Shown: positions 29,915 through 40,062 of the stretch, one piece after another
Layout: every line of letters begins with the position of its first letter
How positions within the stretch are numbered: position 1 is the stretch's first letter
Source of the DNA: Candidatus Hadarchaeota archaeon
Lineage (GTDB): Archaea; CAYQAE01; CAYVLA01
Length of the DNA: 64,000 nucleotides
Reading direction: 5' to 3'
Assembly (NCBI GenBank): GCA_964621445.1
Contig: CAZUNO010000001.1
Coordinates: 160,265 to 224,264, forward strand
Notes under the pieces: generated by a model
What the model saw: the letters and a program-made list of their open reading frames with translations, nothing else
Databases searched by the model: none
Told to the model about the DNA's origin: nothing
Made by a program: the position numbers and the translations under genes

Positions 29915-31606
29915 TTAGTTCTCGGCGAATAGTTCGATGCCCTTGACATCTGCGAAAAGGTAACCATAGGGCATATTCAGGGGTCGCATGCTCAATTTGC
30001 TCTCGCCCTCGGGAATCTCCAGCTCACCTATATCCTGAAACTCGAAGTCCTCGAATGACTCGGTGCCCTTGACAACTCCCTCCAATCTATTCTCTCCACA
30101 CTCGATCCTGAACCGGGAGCCTGAGTAGATCATTGGACATGAAAGTTCAACCCTTACTTGACAATACACTCTTTCCTGAGCATTGAGGGACCAGATGGCC
30201 CTTTGTTCCAGAGCACTCCAGGAGGTTATGCATTGGCCTGCCTCCGTTTCCCTTAATCTGAGGGTTTTCCCCTTTACCCCTCGTCCCAGAAGCCGGGCAT
30301 CCCGGGCCGGAAGCTTTTTGGTGGTCCCTGGTTCCACAACGTGGACTTCTGCCTTTTCCGGTTTATCCTCCTCCTCTGAAATACTGGGCCTTCTTTGGAA
30401 ATTCAGGGAAACGACCCAAGGTCCCGTGCTTGGAGGTGATGGGGGTAGGCCCCATATTTCAAGTCCTTCCGGCGAGGAATTAACCTCTAGGCTTACCGAT
30501 TCTCCCAGAAAACGGGCCTCCTCAGGTCTTGTCCTAATATGGGGAACCTTTAGACAATCCGTGGGGGGCCAGCTCATCAGGTGGATGAAAACCTTACTCT
30601 TTTTCCTGGTGGCCAACAATTGGTTGGAATTATTGGTTAATTTCAGGCCACTTGTTCGATATATGGATTCTCCATTTCTTTTAAGCCAGAGACCTATCTC
30701 CCTCATTCGCTTAGCGTGTTCGCTTGGTATGGTTCCGTCAGGTTTAGGTCCTACGTTTAGAAGGTAATTACCTCCCGCACATGCCATGCGTACCAGGGAA
30801 TGGAGTAGGTACTGAGTACTGTATAGAGGGGTGTTCTCCACATACCCCCAGTGGATCTTTTGGACCGATTGACATGATTCGAACAGATATCCGGTAAGGT
30901 CATCGGGAAGGCTTCGCTCCGGGGTGAAGAAATCACCAAAGCGCGCCCGATCATTGACCACCGCGTGGGGCTGATGCCTCTTGATCATTCTGTAGAGCTT
31001 CTCCCCACGCCATTCCACCCTGCTCTTATGCGAACCATCGAACCAAATACCATCGATCTTGCCGTAATTGGTCACTAGCTCCTTTACTTGCCCCTCTATA
31101 TAGTCCTGAAAGAGCGGCCAATCCGGGTCCTGGTCAGGGGGCGGGTTTTGAAGGTCCTTGAATGCCCCCTTACGGTGGAGGTAATTCGGATGGTGCCAGT
31201 CAGGTTGCGAGTAATAGAGTATGATGGGCATACCTGACCTCTGACATGCGTCGATCACCTCCCCAACCAGGTCCCTTTCAAATGGGGTGTTGGTTATCTT
31301 GAAATCGGTCAGTTGGCTGTCAAACATACAGAAGCCATCGTGGTGCTTGGCCGAGAGGTTGATGTATCTGGCCCCAGCCTCCTGGGCCAGGGAAACCCAT
31401 TCCTGTGCATCAAACCTCCGAGGGTTGAAGGTTTGTGAGAGTTTCTCGTATTCATGTCTGGGTATGTCCTCCTCGTACATTACCCATTCTCCCAGCCCGA
31501 GCTGCGAATAGATGCCAAAATGGATGAACATGCCGAATCTGGCTTGACCAAACCACCTGATTTTGGGATCCAACCTGCTTTTTTTGGATACTATGGGCAT
31601 CTTCAT
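29915..31606 (-). CDS. alpha-L-fucosidase (GH29)
   Basis: FGMFIHFGIYS, HHDGFCMFDS and YYSQPDWHHPNY are GH29 signatures. No signal peptide is present. Confidence 0.8.
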   Translation of the reverse strand: MKMPIVSKKSRLDPKIRWFGQARFGMFIHFGIYSQLGLGEWVMYEEDIPRHEYEKLSQTFNPRRFDAQEWVSLAQEAGARYINLSAKHHDGFCMFDSQLTDFKITNTPFERDLVGEVIDACQRSGMPIILYYSQPDWHHPNYLHRKGAFKDLQNPPPDQDPDWPLFQDYIEGQVKELVTNYGKIDGIWFDGSHKSRVEWRGEKLYRMIKRHQPHAVVNDRARFGDFFTPERSLPDDLTGYLFESCQSVQKIHWGYVENTPLYSTQYLLHSLVRMACAGGNYLLNVGPKPDGTIPSEHAKRMREIGLWLKRNGESIYRTSGLKLTNNSNQLLATRKKSKVFIHLMSWPPTDCLKVPHIRTRPEEARFLGESVSLEVNSSPEGLEIWGLPPSPPSTGPWVVSLNFQRRPSISEEEDKPEKAEVHVVEPGTTKKLPARDARLLGRGVKGKTLRLRETEAGQCITSWSALEQRAIWSLNAQERVYCQVRVELSCPMIYSGSRFRIECGENRLEGVVKGTESFEDFEFQDIGELEIPEGESKLSMRPLNMPYGYLFADVKGIELFAEN

Positions 31607-31682
31607 CTACCTGCATCAGGTTCAGTGCCCGCCGGTAGGAAAATCTTCTCCTTAACTACTGGTGGATTCAGAAACCACTTTT

Positions 31683-32399
31683 CTATGATTCTAGGGAATC
31701 CAGCGTTGAGGGAATCTCCTCTAAACCCTTTATCACGGGGCAGAAAAGTTGGTTGTACCTCCCCTCGCGATCGATAATTATGGGCTGGATCCCCATCTTC
31801 ATAGCCCCCACGGCGTCGGATCCAACGCTATCTCCAATGTGAACGGACTCATGGGCCCGACCATCAATTGAGGCCAATGCCGCTGCAAAGATCTCGGGGT
31901 CCGGTTTGCGGAACCCCAGCGCTCTAGAGGCCACAATGGTGTCAAAGAACTCGTGGATACCCAGGGTCTTGCAGAATCCAATCAGATCCGGATCCCAGTT
32001 GGATATTACTCCAATCTTAAGGCCGCGTTTGCTCAATTTCCTCAGAACGGGTACTGCGTTTTCATATGGCTGAATGGGATTGAATTGGCTCTTCAATAGG
32101 TCTTCCGCTATCTCCCTAGCCGGGGAGAGTCCCAGAATATGCAGAGTATTCTCTATCTTGGCTAGAAGCCTCCTGTTCAGATTTTCAACGCTTTGCTTGT
32201 AAGGAGTTAGGTGGGGAACCTGTTTGCGGGCATTCTGGTATGCATCCAGCATTTCCTGACCCGAGATATCGTAATCCCATTTTCTCAATAGAATGGCAAA
32301 TCCTACCTGGCGATCGATCTCTCTATGTACCAGGGTGTTTCCCATATCGAAGAAAACATTCTCGATGCGCATTGGGTTTGGGAAAGGAAGTCTACTCAC
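31683..32399 (-). CDS. HAD-superfamily hydrolase
   Basis: FFDMGNTLV (motif I) and GDSVGSDAVGA (motif IV). Confidence 0.65.
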   Translation of the reverse strand: MSRLPFPNPMRIENVFFDMGNTLVHREIDRQVGFAILLRKWDYDISGQEMLDAYQNARKQVPHLTPYKQSVENLNRRLLAKIENTLHILGLSPAREIAEDLLKSQFNPIQPYENAVPVLRKLSKRGLKIGVISNWDPDLIGFCKTLGIHEFFDTIVASRALGFRKPDPEIFAAALASIDGRAHESVHIGDSVGSDAVGAMKMGIQPIIIDREGRYNQLFCPVIKGLEEIPSTLDSLES

Positions 32400-32534
32400 A
32401 AATATTTCCTTCCCAGCATGATCCAGCCAGCCCGGAAATGAGAAATCACGTGTCCAGAGGGTAGTTGAGCTGGGGAATACTTATCAAATATATGGACTTC
32501 CCCCTAAAGGAACTGTAACCGAGGAGAACGGAGA

Positions 32535-33638
32535 ATGATTGAGAGGGAGGATATCAGTGAAACGCTAAGCGAATACGACGGCAATAATCTAACTTTGGGG
32601 GTGCTTTGTTCCCATTCGGCCCTCCAAATCTTCCACGGTTCAAAGCTCGAGGGCTTCAGAACCATGGGAGTTTGCCCTCAGAGAAGAAAGAAAGCCTACA
32701 GCGCCTTCGCCAGGGCAAAACCCGATGAATTTCTAATGGTGGATTGCTTCGCTGATATCCTGAAGGAGGAGAATCAGGAGATCTTGAGGGAAAAGAACAC
32801 CATAATGCTGCCTCATGGATCTTTCGTGGAATATGTGGGGTCGGATAATCTGCTGGAAAAGTTCAGGGTACCCATATTCGGAAATAGAAGGTCATTGAAA
32901 TGGGAAGGGGAGAGAAGCAAGCAGAGGGAGTGGTTGAGTAAAGCCGGGCTAAGGCTTCCGAATCAGTATGGGGATCCCTCGGAGATTGACGGCAAATGCT
33001 TTGTCAAATTCAGCGGAGCAAAGGGAGGGCGGGGATTCTTCACCGCAAGCAGCGAAGAGGAGTTCAACCAAAAGCTAGAGGAGGAACTAGAAAAGGGAAA
33101 CATAACCGATGAGGACGCGGAAAAAGTGACTATCCAGGAGTTCATGTCTGGAATAAGGTACTATCCCCACTACTTCTTCTCACTTTTCGATTTAAGGGGA
33201 GCGCCAACTGCTGATGGCGCACTGGAAATTTTGGGAATGGATCGCAGGATAGAGCCCATTGATGAAAGTTACCGTGGGTTACCCAAAATACCACCTGCTT
33301 TCTTTAATTACACGGTGACCGGGAACCAACCCCTTGTCATCCGGGAAAAGCTCCTTGTTGATCTGTTGGAAATGGGCTCCAGGGTTGTAGAATCTTCCAA
33401 GGTGATATTCCCACCGGGGATCAATGGTCCATTCTGTCTGGAGACGGTTTACCACCCCGATACCGGTTTCACAGTCTTTGAGATCTCTGGTAGGATCGTG
33501 GCGGGGACCAATCTCTTCCCTATGGGTTCTCCCTATTCAGATCTTTCCTTCGAAGAGCCAATGTCCACGGGCAGGAGGATGGCAAAAGAGATTAAGGATG
33601 CAATGGCCCAGGGTAAATTGGATAGGGTAATCTACTAG
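32535..33638 (+). CDS. purP: 5-formaminoimidazole-4-carboxamide ribonucleotide synthetase (PurP) family protein
   Basis: The N-terminus SEYDGNNLTLGVLCSHSALQI is typical of archaeal PurP (DUF1246/DUF1297). Confidence 0.65.
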   Translation: MIEREDISETLSEYDGNNLTLGVLCSHSALQIFHGSKLEGFRTMGVCPQRRKKAYSAFARAKPDEFLMVDCFADILKEENQEILREKNTIMLPHGSFVEYVGSDNLLEKFRVPIFGNRRSLKWEGERSKQREWLSKAGLRLPNQYGDPSEIDGKCFVKFSGAKGGRGFFTASSEEEFNQKLEEELEKGNITDEDAEKVTIQEFMSGIRYYPHYFFSLFDLRGAPTADGALEILGMDRRIEPIDESYRGLPKIPPAFFNYTVTGNQPLVIREKLLVDLLEMGSRVVESSKVIFPPGINGPFCLETVYHPDTGFTVFEISGRIVAGTNLFPMGSPYSDLSFEEPMSTGRRMAKEIKDAMAQGKLDRVIY

Positions 33639-33657
33639 TTAAAAGAGGGAGTAAGAG

Positions 33658-34845
33658 ATGATTGAGAGAGAGGATATACAGCAAATAGCACGGGAATATG
33701 ATGCGGAAGATGTACATATCGGAATTTTTGGTTCACACTCAGCTCTTCCTATAGGTTACGCCGCCAAAAAGGCGCGTCTGCCCACGGTTCTATTTGCCAA
33801 GGAGGGCAGGGAAAATACTTACGTCAAATATAATCCAGCTCTTTATGATGATATAGTGATCGTCAAAAAGTGGAAAGAGATACTGGATAGACAGAGTGAT
33901 ATGAGGGATAAAAACCTGGTGTTCATCCCAAATCGTTCCTTTGTGGTCTATGTGGGCCTGGATGAGATCGAGGAAAATTTTGAAGTTCCCATTTATGGGT
34001 CAAGAGGGCTTCTGCGGGCGGAGGAGCGGAACGCTAATCCTCCCAGAAACCAGTATTACCTGATGGAAAGTTCAGGGGTTAGAAAGCCACACCTCTTCCA
34101 GGACCCGGATGGTATCGACAGGTTATCGGTGGTAAAAGTCCAACAAAAGAACAATCCCCTGGAGAGAGCGTACTTCTATCCCAGTGACCCGGACGAGTAC
34201 CGGGAAATGGCAGCCAGGAAGATAGAGTCTGGTGAGATAAGCGAGGAAGGCCTTGATAAGGCGGCGATTGAGGAGTTCGTAATTGGCCCCATGCTTAATG
34301 CTAATTTCCACTCCTACGGCCTCAACCTGGGTGGTGCTGGATGGTTCCCGACTGATATCGATCTTCTGGGATTCAGCGACCGGGAGCAGACCAATGAGGT
34401 CGGTTATAGGAACCTTCCTGCCGAGATACAGATGGAACTATCCAGAAGGGGTTTCAGAAGGACCAACGAGGAGATATGTCACAGGGGAAAGACGCTACGG
34501 GAGTCCAAGCTGGATATGGTCTACAATAGCGCGGAAAGGATAATGCGGACCCTAAAGGAGGAGGTACCACCGGGTATGATAGGCCCCATCGGGATACAGG
34601 GAGCGGTTCCCACCGACGAGAATGACAGGCCGGAGTTCGTTATCTTCGATCTTAGTTTCAGGGTTCCTGGAGACCCCGCAATGGGTCCAACCTCTCCCTA
34701 CCTGAGGTACCTTGATGCAAAGAGCTCAAGTATCTACCGCGAGTTCATGGGAGATGGGTGGCGAATTGAGAGCCCGCTTGATGTCTCCATGATGGAGATA
34801 AGGAAGGCCATGCATCATGAAATGTTGGAAGAAGTCGTAACCTAG
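33658..34845 (+). CDS. PurP-family paralog (FAICAR synthetase-like ATP-grasp)
   Basis: The N-terminus REYDAEDVHIGIFGSHSALPI is a tandem paralog of the upstream purP. Confidence 0.6.
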   Translation: MIEREDIQQIAREYDAEDVHIGIFGSHSALPIGYAAKKARLPTVLFAKEGRENTYVKYNPALYDDIVIVKKWKEILDRQSDMRDKNLVFIPNRSFVVYVGLDEIEENFEVPIYGSRGLLRAEERNANPPRNQYYLMESSGVRKPHLFQDPDGIDRLSVVKVQQKNNPLERAYFYPSDPDEYREMAARKIESGEISEEGLDKAAIEEFVIGPMLNANFHSYGLNLGGAGWFPTDIDLLGFSDREQTNEVGYRNLPAEIQMELSRRGFRRTNEEICHRGKTLRESKLDMVYNSAERIMRTLKEEVPPGMIGPIGIQGAVPTDENDRPEFVIFDLSFRVPGDPAMGPTSPYLRYLDAKSSSIYREFMGDGWRIESPLDVSMMEIRKAMHHEMLEEVVT

Positions 34846-34898
34846 GGTCAACTCTGGGGACGAGTGCCATTTAAGAGTAGATTTATGGGAGTGACGTT

Positions 34899-36305
34899 AT
34901 GAGCAAGCAAGATAGACCCAATATTCTTTTTATCATGTCCGACGACCATGCGGCACACGCCATCAGTGCCTATGGGAGTCGGATCAATCAAACGCCAAAT
35001 ATAGATAGGATTGCAAAGGAGGGCGTTCGTTTTGACAACTGCTTCTGCACCAATTCGATTTGTACACCAAGCAGGGCCACCATATTGACCGGAAAACATA
35101 GCCATATGAACGGAGTTTTAACCCTCAGGAACGACTTTAACCGGGATCAGCAACACGTTGGGAAGTTGCTTCGGAAGGCTGGCTACGAGACTGCGGTTAT
35201 CGGAAAATGGCATCTGCATACACAGCCCAGCGGATTCGATTACTACAATGTCCTGCCCGGACAAGGTCTATATCATGACCCCTTTTTGAAGGAAAGGGGA
35301 AAGGAGTGGAGGGATCACAATAAAGGTGGAGAGAGATACGAGGGTTATGTAACCGATATCATCACGGATCTCAGCATCGATTGGATAGAGGAAAGGGATG
35401 AAGGAAATCCATTCTTCCTTTGCTGTCACCATAAGGCTCCACACAGGCACTGGGTCCCGGATGAGAAACATTCCCATATGTATGATGATGTTGAGATACC
35501 CCAACCGGAGACCTTTAATGACGACTACAGCAACAGGGCCCGAGCCGCAAAGGAGGCCAAGATGAGGGTGGGAGAGGACCTCAATGAAAAAGACCTGAAA
35601 ACGGAGGCACCGAAGTCGCTAAGCGATGAGGACTTGAAGACCTGGAAATACCAGCGTTACATAAAGGACTACCTACGATGCGTCGCCTCCATGGATGACA
35701 ATATTGGGAGGTTGCTTGATTATGTGGATTCCAGGGACCTCATTGATGACACCATAGTGATCTACACCTCGGACCAGGGATTCTTTCTCGGTGATCATGG
35801 CTGGTTCGACAAGCGTTTCATGTATGAGGAATCCCTCAGGATGCCCTTCTTGGTACGCTATCCGGATGAGATTAAGCCCGGAACGGTAAATGATGATATC
35901 GTTCTAAACCTGGATTTTGCCGAGACCTTTCTGGATTACGCGGATGCGAGGATCCCGGAGGAGATGCAGGGGCGTAGCCTAAGGCCATTGTTCAGGGGCC
36001 AAAGCCCTGAAGACTGGCGAAAATATATGTACTATAGGTATTGGATGCATCTGTCCCATCACTATGTGTGTGCCCATTATGGGCTACGCACTAAAAGATA
36101 CAAGCTCATATACTACTATGGGGAGGCGTTGGGGGCTGAGGGGGCCGTTGATGAACCAAAGGACCCTGAATGGGAGCTTTTTGACCTGGAAGAGGATCCC
36201 CTGGAGATTAATAGCATCTATGATGATCCCCAGTATGAAAATGAGGTTAGGAATCTTAAAGAAATGCTTAAAAAAGCCAAGTCCGAGGCCGGGGACTCAA
36301 AATAG
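34899..36305 (+). CDS. sulfatase (Cys-type, formylglycine-dependent)
   Basis: FIMSDDH metal-binding site and a CTPSRATILTG sulfatase signature. No signal peptide is present. Confidence 0.8.
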   Translation: MSKQDRPNILFIMSDDHAAHAISAYGSRINQTPNIDRIAKEGVRFDNCFCTNSICTPSRATILTGKHSHMNGVLTLRNDFNRDQQHVGKLLRKAGYETAVIGKWHLHTQPSGFDYYNVLPGQGLYHDPFLKERGKEWRDHNKGGERYEGYVTDIITDLSIDWIEERDEGNPFFLCCHHKAPHRHWVPDEKHSHMYDDVEIPQPETFNDDYSNRARAAKEAKMRVGEDLNEKDLKTEAPKSLSDEDLKTWKYQRYIKDYLRCVASMDDNIGRLLDYVDSRDLIDDTIVIYTSDQGFFLGDHGWFDKRFMYEESLRMPFLVRYPDEIKPGTVNDDIVLNLDFAETFLDYADARIPEEMQGRSLRPLFRGQSPEDWRKYMYYRYWMHLSHHYVCAHYGLRTKRYKLIYYYGEALGAEGAVDEPKDPEWELFDLEEDPLEINSIYDDPQYENEVRNLKEMLKKAKSEAGDSK

Positions 36306-36531
36306 ATATCGGAATCCTGTGAAAATAGGTCACGAAACAGATACTTATTATGCGGAGATAGTGTGCTAATACCGGTTCCATGGTGATGGTTTGGACCTGG
36401 CCTTGTATGCCCTTTACTATTTCGGAATCACCATAATCTCGGCCTTCTTACTTTGGAAACTAAGTCAGAGGTTTAATGGAAGGAGGATAATGTAATCAAT
36501 GTTCTCCAACCCTGGATGAGTGAGGGCTTTG

Positions 36532-36541
36532 CCCCCCCCCC
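36532..36541. repeat. 10-nt poly-C (poly-G on coding strand) homopolymer tract
   Basis: It is directly visible and lies immediately 3' of the stop of the SPASM-domain ORF. Confidence 0.9.
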
Positions 36542-37760
36542 TCAGGTTTGCTCCATATTTATGAAACAAAGTGGGTCCTCCGCAAGGTAGTCCCCGGTTG
36601 TGGCAAAGGCCCTCGCTCGACAGCCCCCACAGATCTTCTTGTACTGGCAATCCCCGCATCTGCCCTCGAGTAATTTTTCTTGGTCCCGTAGATTCTGCAA
36701 AACTTTGCAGCCCCTCCATATTGAATTGAAAGACTCCTCCCGAAAATTTCCACAAACGATATCGATAAAGGGACAGGGCAGAACATCGCCGTTGGGCCTG
36801 ATATATTCGAATCCCCACCCCTTGGAGCATCCGTGAAATAGGTGCTCGGCGAGCTTTCTTTCCAAGCTACCCTTTCTGCCCCGACTTTCCAGGATATAGG
36901 GCCAATACTGAGGACCGACAAGGGGGGTCCAATGATGGCACCTGAGTCCCTTTGCGCCCTTGCCAGGAATTGAATGAACTTCCGGTGTTGGTGCCTATTG
37001 AGCTGTGATTTCTCCATTTTTGCCGCTCTTCCCACGATTTGGTAGCAGAGAGTGAGTGGGGCTCCTAGCTCGGAAAGAGTTTGGTTCAGGGACTCTATCT
37101 GTTTGATGTCCCTGTCCATGAGCGTTATATTGACGTGGAGTGCTATGCCCGCCTTGACTATGGCTTTCATTCCGTTTATTGCGGCCTGGTAAGTGCCCGG
37201 CTGGCCCCTTATTTGGTCATGGATTTCCTGGTTCCGTCGAGGCTCACCGCCGCGATTGAAACCCCATGACGCTTAAGCTCCCTGGCCATCTCGTCATCGA
37301 CAAGCGTCCCATTTGTAGCCAGGGTATTGACAAATCCAAGTTCCTGGGAATACCCGAGAAGATCGAAAATGTCATCTCTAATCAGCGGTTCCCCTCCCGT
37401 GAATGCTACCATTCCGAAATCGTCAACTTGGGCCAATTGACGGAGAAGTTGATGCCCCTCCTCGGTTGTGAGTTCGCTCTTTCTATAGGTCTGGCTTGAG
37501 TGGCAGTGAACACAGTTAAGGTTGCAATTCTTGGTAACCTCCCATACGGGGTGGTACGGAAAGCCAATGCAGCCCATGCCTATGGACCCACCTGCTCCTG
37601 GTAGACATTTTAGGCCGCTTCCAGCTAGCCACTGGGGCAGCTTCCTCCCGCCGGTTAGAGATCCCAGATAGATCGCACTCAGCCCCTGTCTTGCGAGCAA
37701 TGTGGGAGGCCACCAGAAGGGCTTCACTATATTTCGTCTGGATTTATGTGAGGTAGCCAA
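36542..37760 (-). pseudogene. radical SAM/SPASM sulfatase-maturating enzyme (anSME-like), disrupted by at least 2 frameshifts
   Basis: Three consecutive minus-strand ORFs in different frames together reconstruct one protein. ORF 37209..37760 carries CNLNCVHC (CxxxCxxC). ORF 36559..37170 is the radical SAM middle. ORF 36542..36865 is the SPASM Cys-rich C-terminus (CGDCQYKKICGGCRARA). Confidence 0.55.
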
Positions 37761-38694
37761 TCATGTAGCCCCCGGTGTGCCGATATTTACCAGTATGTTG
37801 AGACCGCACAGGATCTCTATTTTGGGTTTTTCCCACCAGCGGGCATTCCTTATCAAGATAACTAGGAGGACGGAGAGAATGGACACGGGAATGTATGCGA
37901 CCAGACTGGTGAATACGCCTGTTTTGAGAACCGATGCTGAGAATGCTGTTATACTGACAACGGATAGGAACTCGTAGAGTCTAGATGCCGATTTTTTTCC
38001 TATCCGGGCCACCATGTTGTGTTTCCTGGATACGATATCGGCCTCGTGGTCCGGAAATTAATTTAGTAGGATGACGTTGAATATGGTGGTGCCTATTGAA
38101 ATGGAGATCAAGTGAAGGATAAAGGGGATTTCACCCCTCTGCAGGTAATAGCCGGTGGCCACCGGTAGTCAGCCATAGCAAAAGGCAATCCACATCTCGC
38201 CAAGTCCTCTGGACACCCAGCGGGCTGGTCTGGTAGAGTAGAAGAAACCACCAATCAGTCCCATCAACCCAGTGGTAGCGTTAAGTGGCATGTTCCAATC
38301 CAAAGCCACAGTACATGCCCACTACACAGGCCCCAAAAACACATGTTATTGAGGCGTAAAAGACGGGTCTTTCCTCGACTTCACCCGCCCAAATCTTGCC
38401 TGGCCCGCCAGAGTAACGGCTGGATCCTTGGGCGTGTGAGATGGCATCCTCTTCCTGGTCCCAGTATTCTCCAAATAGATGGGCACTCAGCATTACCAGG
38501 ACAACTCCCATAGCTCCGAGGGCAAGAATCGCGGCATAAAACTGTCCGGCTGGATTCCAGGCCAGGAAAGTACCCAGAGCGAAGGGCAGGACCCCACGAT
38601 ATGGAACGGCGGACGGGCAAGAGCGAGCCAGGTTGTCATGGAATCCGTGATGATGACGTCCATTTCCATCCACCGAATTGCTGTGTGGACCCAC
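37761..38694 (-). pseudogene. UbiA-superfamily-like polytopic membrane prenyltransferase, disrupted (in-frame TGA and TAA plus one frameshift)
   Basis: I translated the minus strand by hand and found a continuous hydrophobic protein interrupted twice. One break is at FCYG*LPVATG, where the TGA is the complement of 38167..38169. The other is at ILLN*FPDH (TAA). There is also a -1 shift near 38285. The N-terminal part has an Asp-rich FGEYWDQEEDAISHAQGSSR motif resembling UbiA NDxxDxxxD. Confidence 0.4.
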
Positions 38695-38959
38695 CCGGAG
38701 GTGATAAATATGGTCTATGGAAAAGATGTAGGTCAGGGTTCAACTCATGCCATGTATTCAACACGAATGCCTTTGGAGAAGGCACTTCCGAAAAGGAGGT
38801 ATTGACTGGGAATGGAATTTCTAGTTTTCTTCAAACCCTCAGTAGAGGGGCACCTATGACCAGGTGAATATTGAAATCACGTTATTAGTTTTGGTTCCAT
38901 GGGTAGGTAAGGCTTTTCCCGGACCGAATAATCAAGTGAAGAAAGGCTTTGGCTCCGTG

Positions 38960-40003
38960 CTAATACTCCATCGGATTCCATATGGTTGCCCCGATATACC
39001 GCTCGGGCCCGGTTTCAAGGTCATTGAAATAATAGACAGTGACTACCCGTCCATCAGGTCGCTGAACCGTTCGGCAGTACCCGATATCCCCGTTGGCTCC
39101 GTCATCCCGAAGAACGATTTCATCGCTCCAGGTCTTACCTTGATCGGAACTTAAGCGGACGCAGATCCGGTAGGGCTCTTTTCGCACTCCGTATGTTAGG
39201 CATAACCTGCCGTCACCTAGTTTGATGAGGGCTGGAGGGTTGCTCCCGATATTTGTGGCAGGCTTCCCTATATGAGTCCAGTTACATCCATTATCATCGG
39301 ACATGTAGCAGGAAAGCCACCCCGTGTTTCCCTCATTGCTCCCTCGGCGCTCCTTCCTCCTAACCACCACAAGTAGCTCAGTGGGGGAAAGTCGAACTGA
39401 AGTGGGCATGATCGAATATCCTTCAGGCTCAGGTCCGATCCAGGATATCTTCTCCCAGGCAAGTCCACCGTCGGTGGTAATAGCACAGAAGGGGCGTCCT
39501 TCGAGTTGGTTGCTTTTAGCCGCTGTTAAGAATACCCTGAGGGAACGCTGCCCCTCGATCAGATAATCGGTGCGTGCTGCGATTCCAGGTGTTCCCATAT
39601 CAGGTAGGCGAAATGGTCCTTTCCATGTTCTCCCTCTGTTCTGTGAATGGAAGAAGTATGAGGGACCTGTGTTATTGTCAGCCTTGCGCATGGAAAGGAC
39701 GAAATTCGGGTTGGTGAAATCCATAGGGTGGCTAAGCTTCTCACCACCATTATCGGGTAACCTGAACCCTGTCTCCATGGACCAGGTTTGGCCTCCGTCC
39801 AGACTACGAGCGAACACCGGTTTGCGGGGCCTGTGGGGATCGATGGGGTGTCCTTTTTTCATGTTCTTATAATAGCCCCTTACGAAGCCGACCAGTATTT
39901 CATTTCCCCAGGACCAAATTCCTCCGTTAGCTGGCCATCCACCATAGCGTCCCTTTTCGAAGTATATTTGAACGTGTTTTAATTCTCCATGAGGCGAAGT
40001 CAT
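38960..40003 (-). CDS. BNR-repeat glycoside hydrolase (sialidase/neuraminidase-like)
   Basis: Four BNR (SxDxGxTW) repeats: SLDGGQTWS, TTDGGLAWE, SDDNGCNWT and SSDQGKTWS. Confidence 0.65.
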   Translation of the reverse strand: MTSPHGELKHVQIYFEKGRYGGWPANGGIWSWGNEILVGFVRGYYKNMKKGHPIDPHRPRKPVFARSLDGGQTWSMETGFRLPDNGGEKLSHPMDFTNPNFVLSMRKADNNTGPSYFFHSQNRGRTWKGPFRLPDMGTPGIAARTDYLIEGQRSLRVFLTAAKSNQLEGRPFCAITTDGGLAWEKISWIGPEPEGYSIMPTSVRLSPTELLVVVRRKERRGSNEGNTGWLSCYMSDDNGCNWTHIGKPATNIGSNPPALIKLGDGRLCLTYGVRKEPYRICVRLSSDQGKTWSDEIVLRDDGANGDIGYCRTVQRPDGRVVTVYYFNDLETGPERYIGATIWNPMEY

Positions 40004-40062
40004 CTAGCACCCTCTTTTTGGGATTTGAATCTCGTATAAGAGATTTAAGTCTTTAGAGGACC

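Noticed and set aside
37761-38694. Stop-codon reassignment (TGA/TAA read-through) as an explanation for in-frame stops in the UbiA-like gene
   Set aside because: Both TGA and TAA are involved along with a frameshift, and the other roughly 55 genes in the window terminate normally at all three stop codons. A pseudogene or assembly error is far more likely.
36542-38694. Mobile element insertion as the cause of the broken anSME/UbiA genes
   Set aside because: No transposase, integrase, terminal inverted repeats or target-site duplications are visible. The disruptions are point-like frameshifts and stops.
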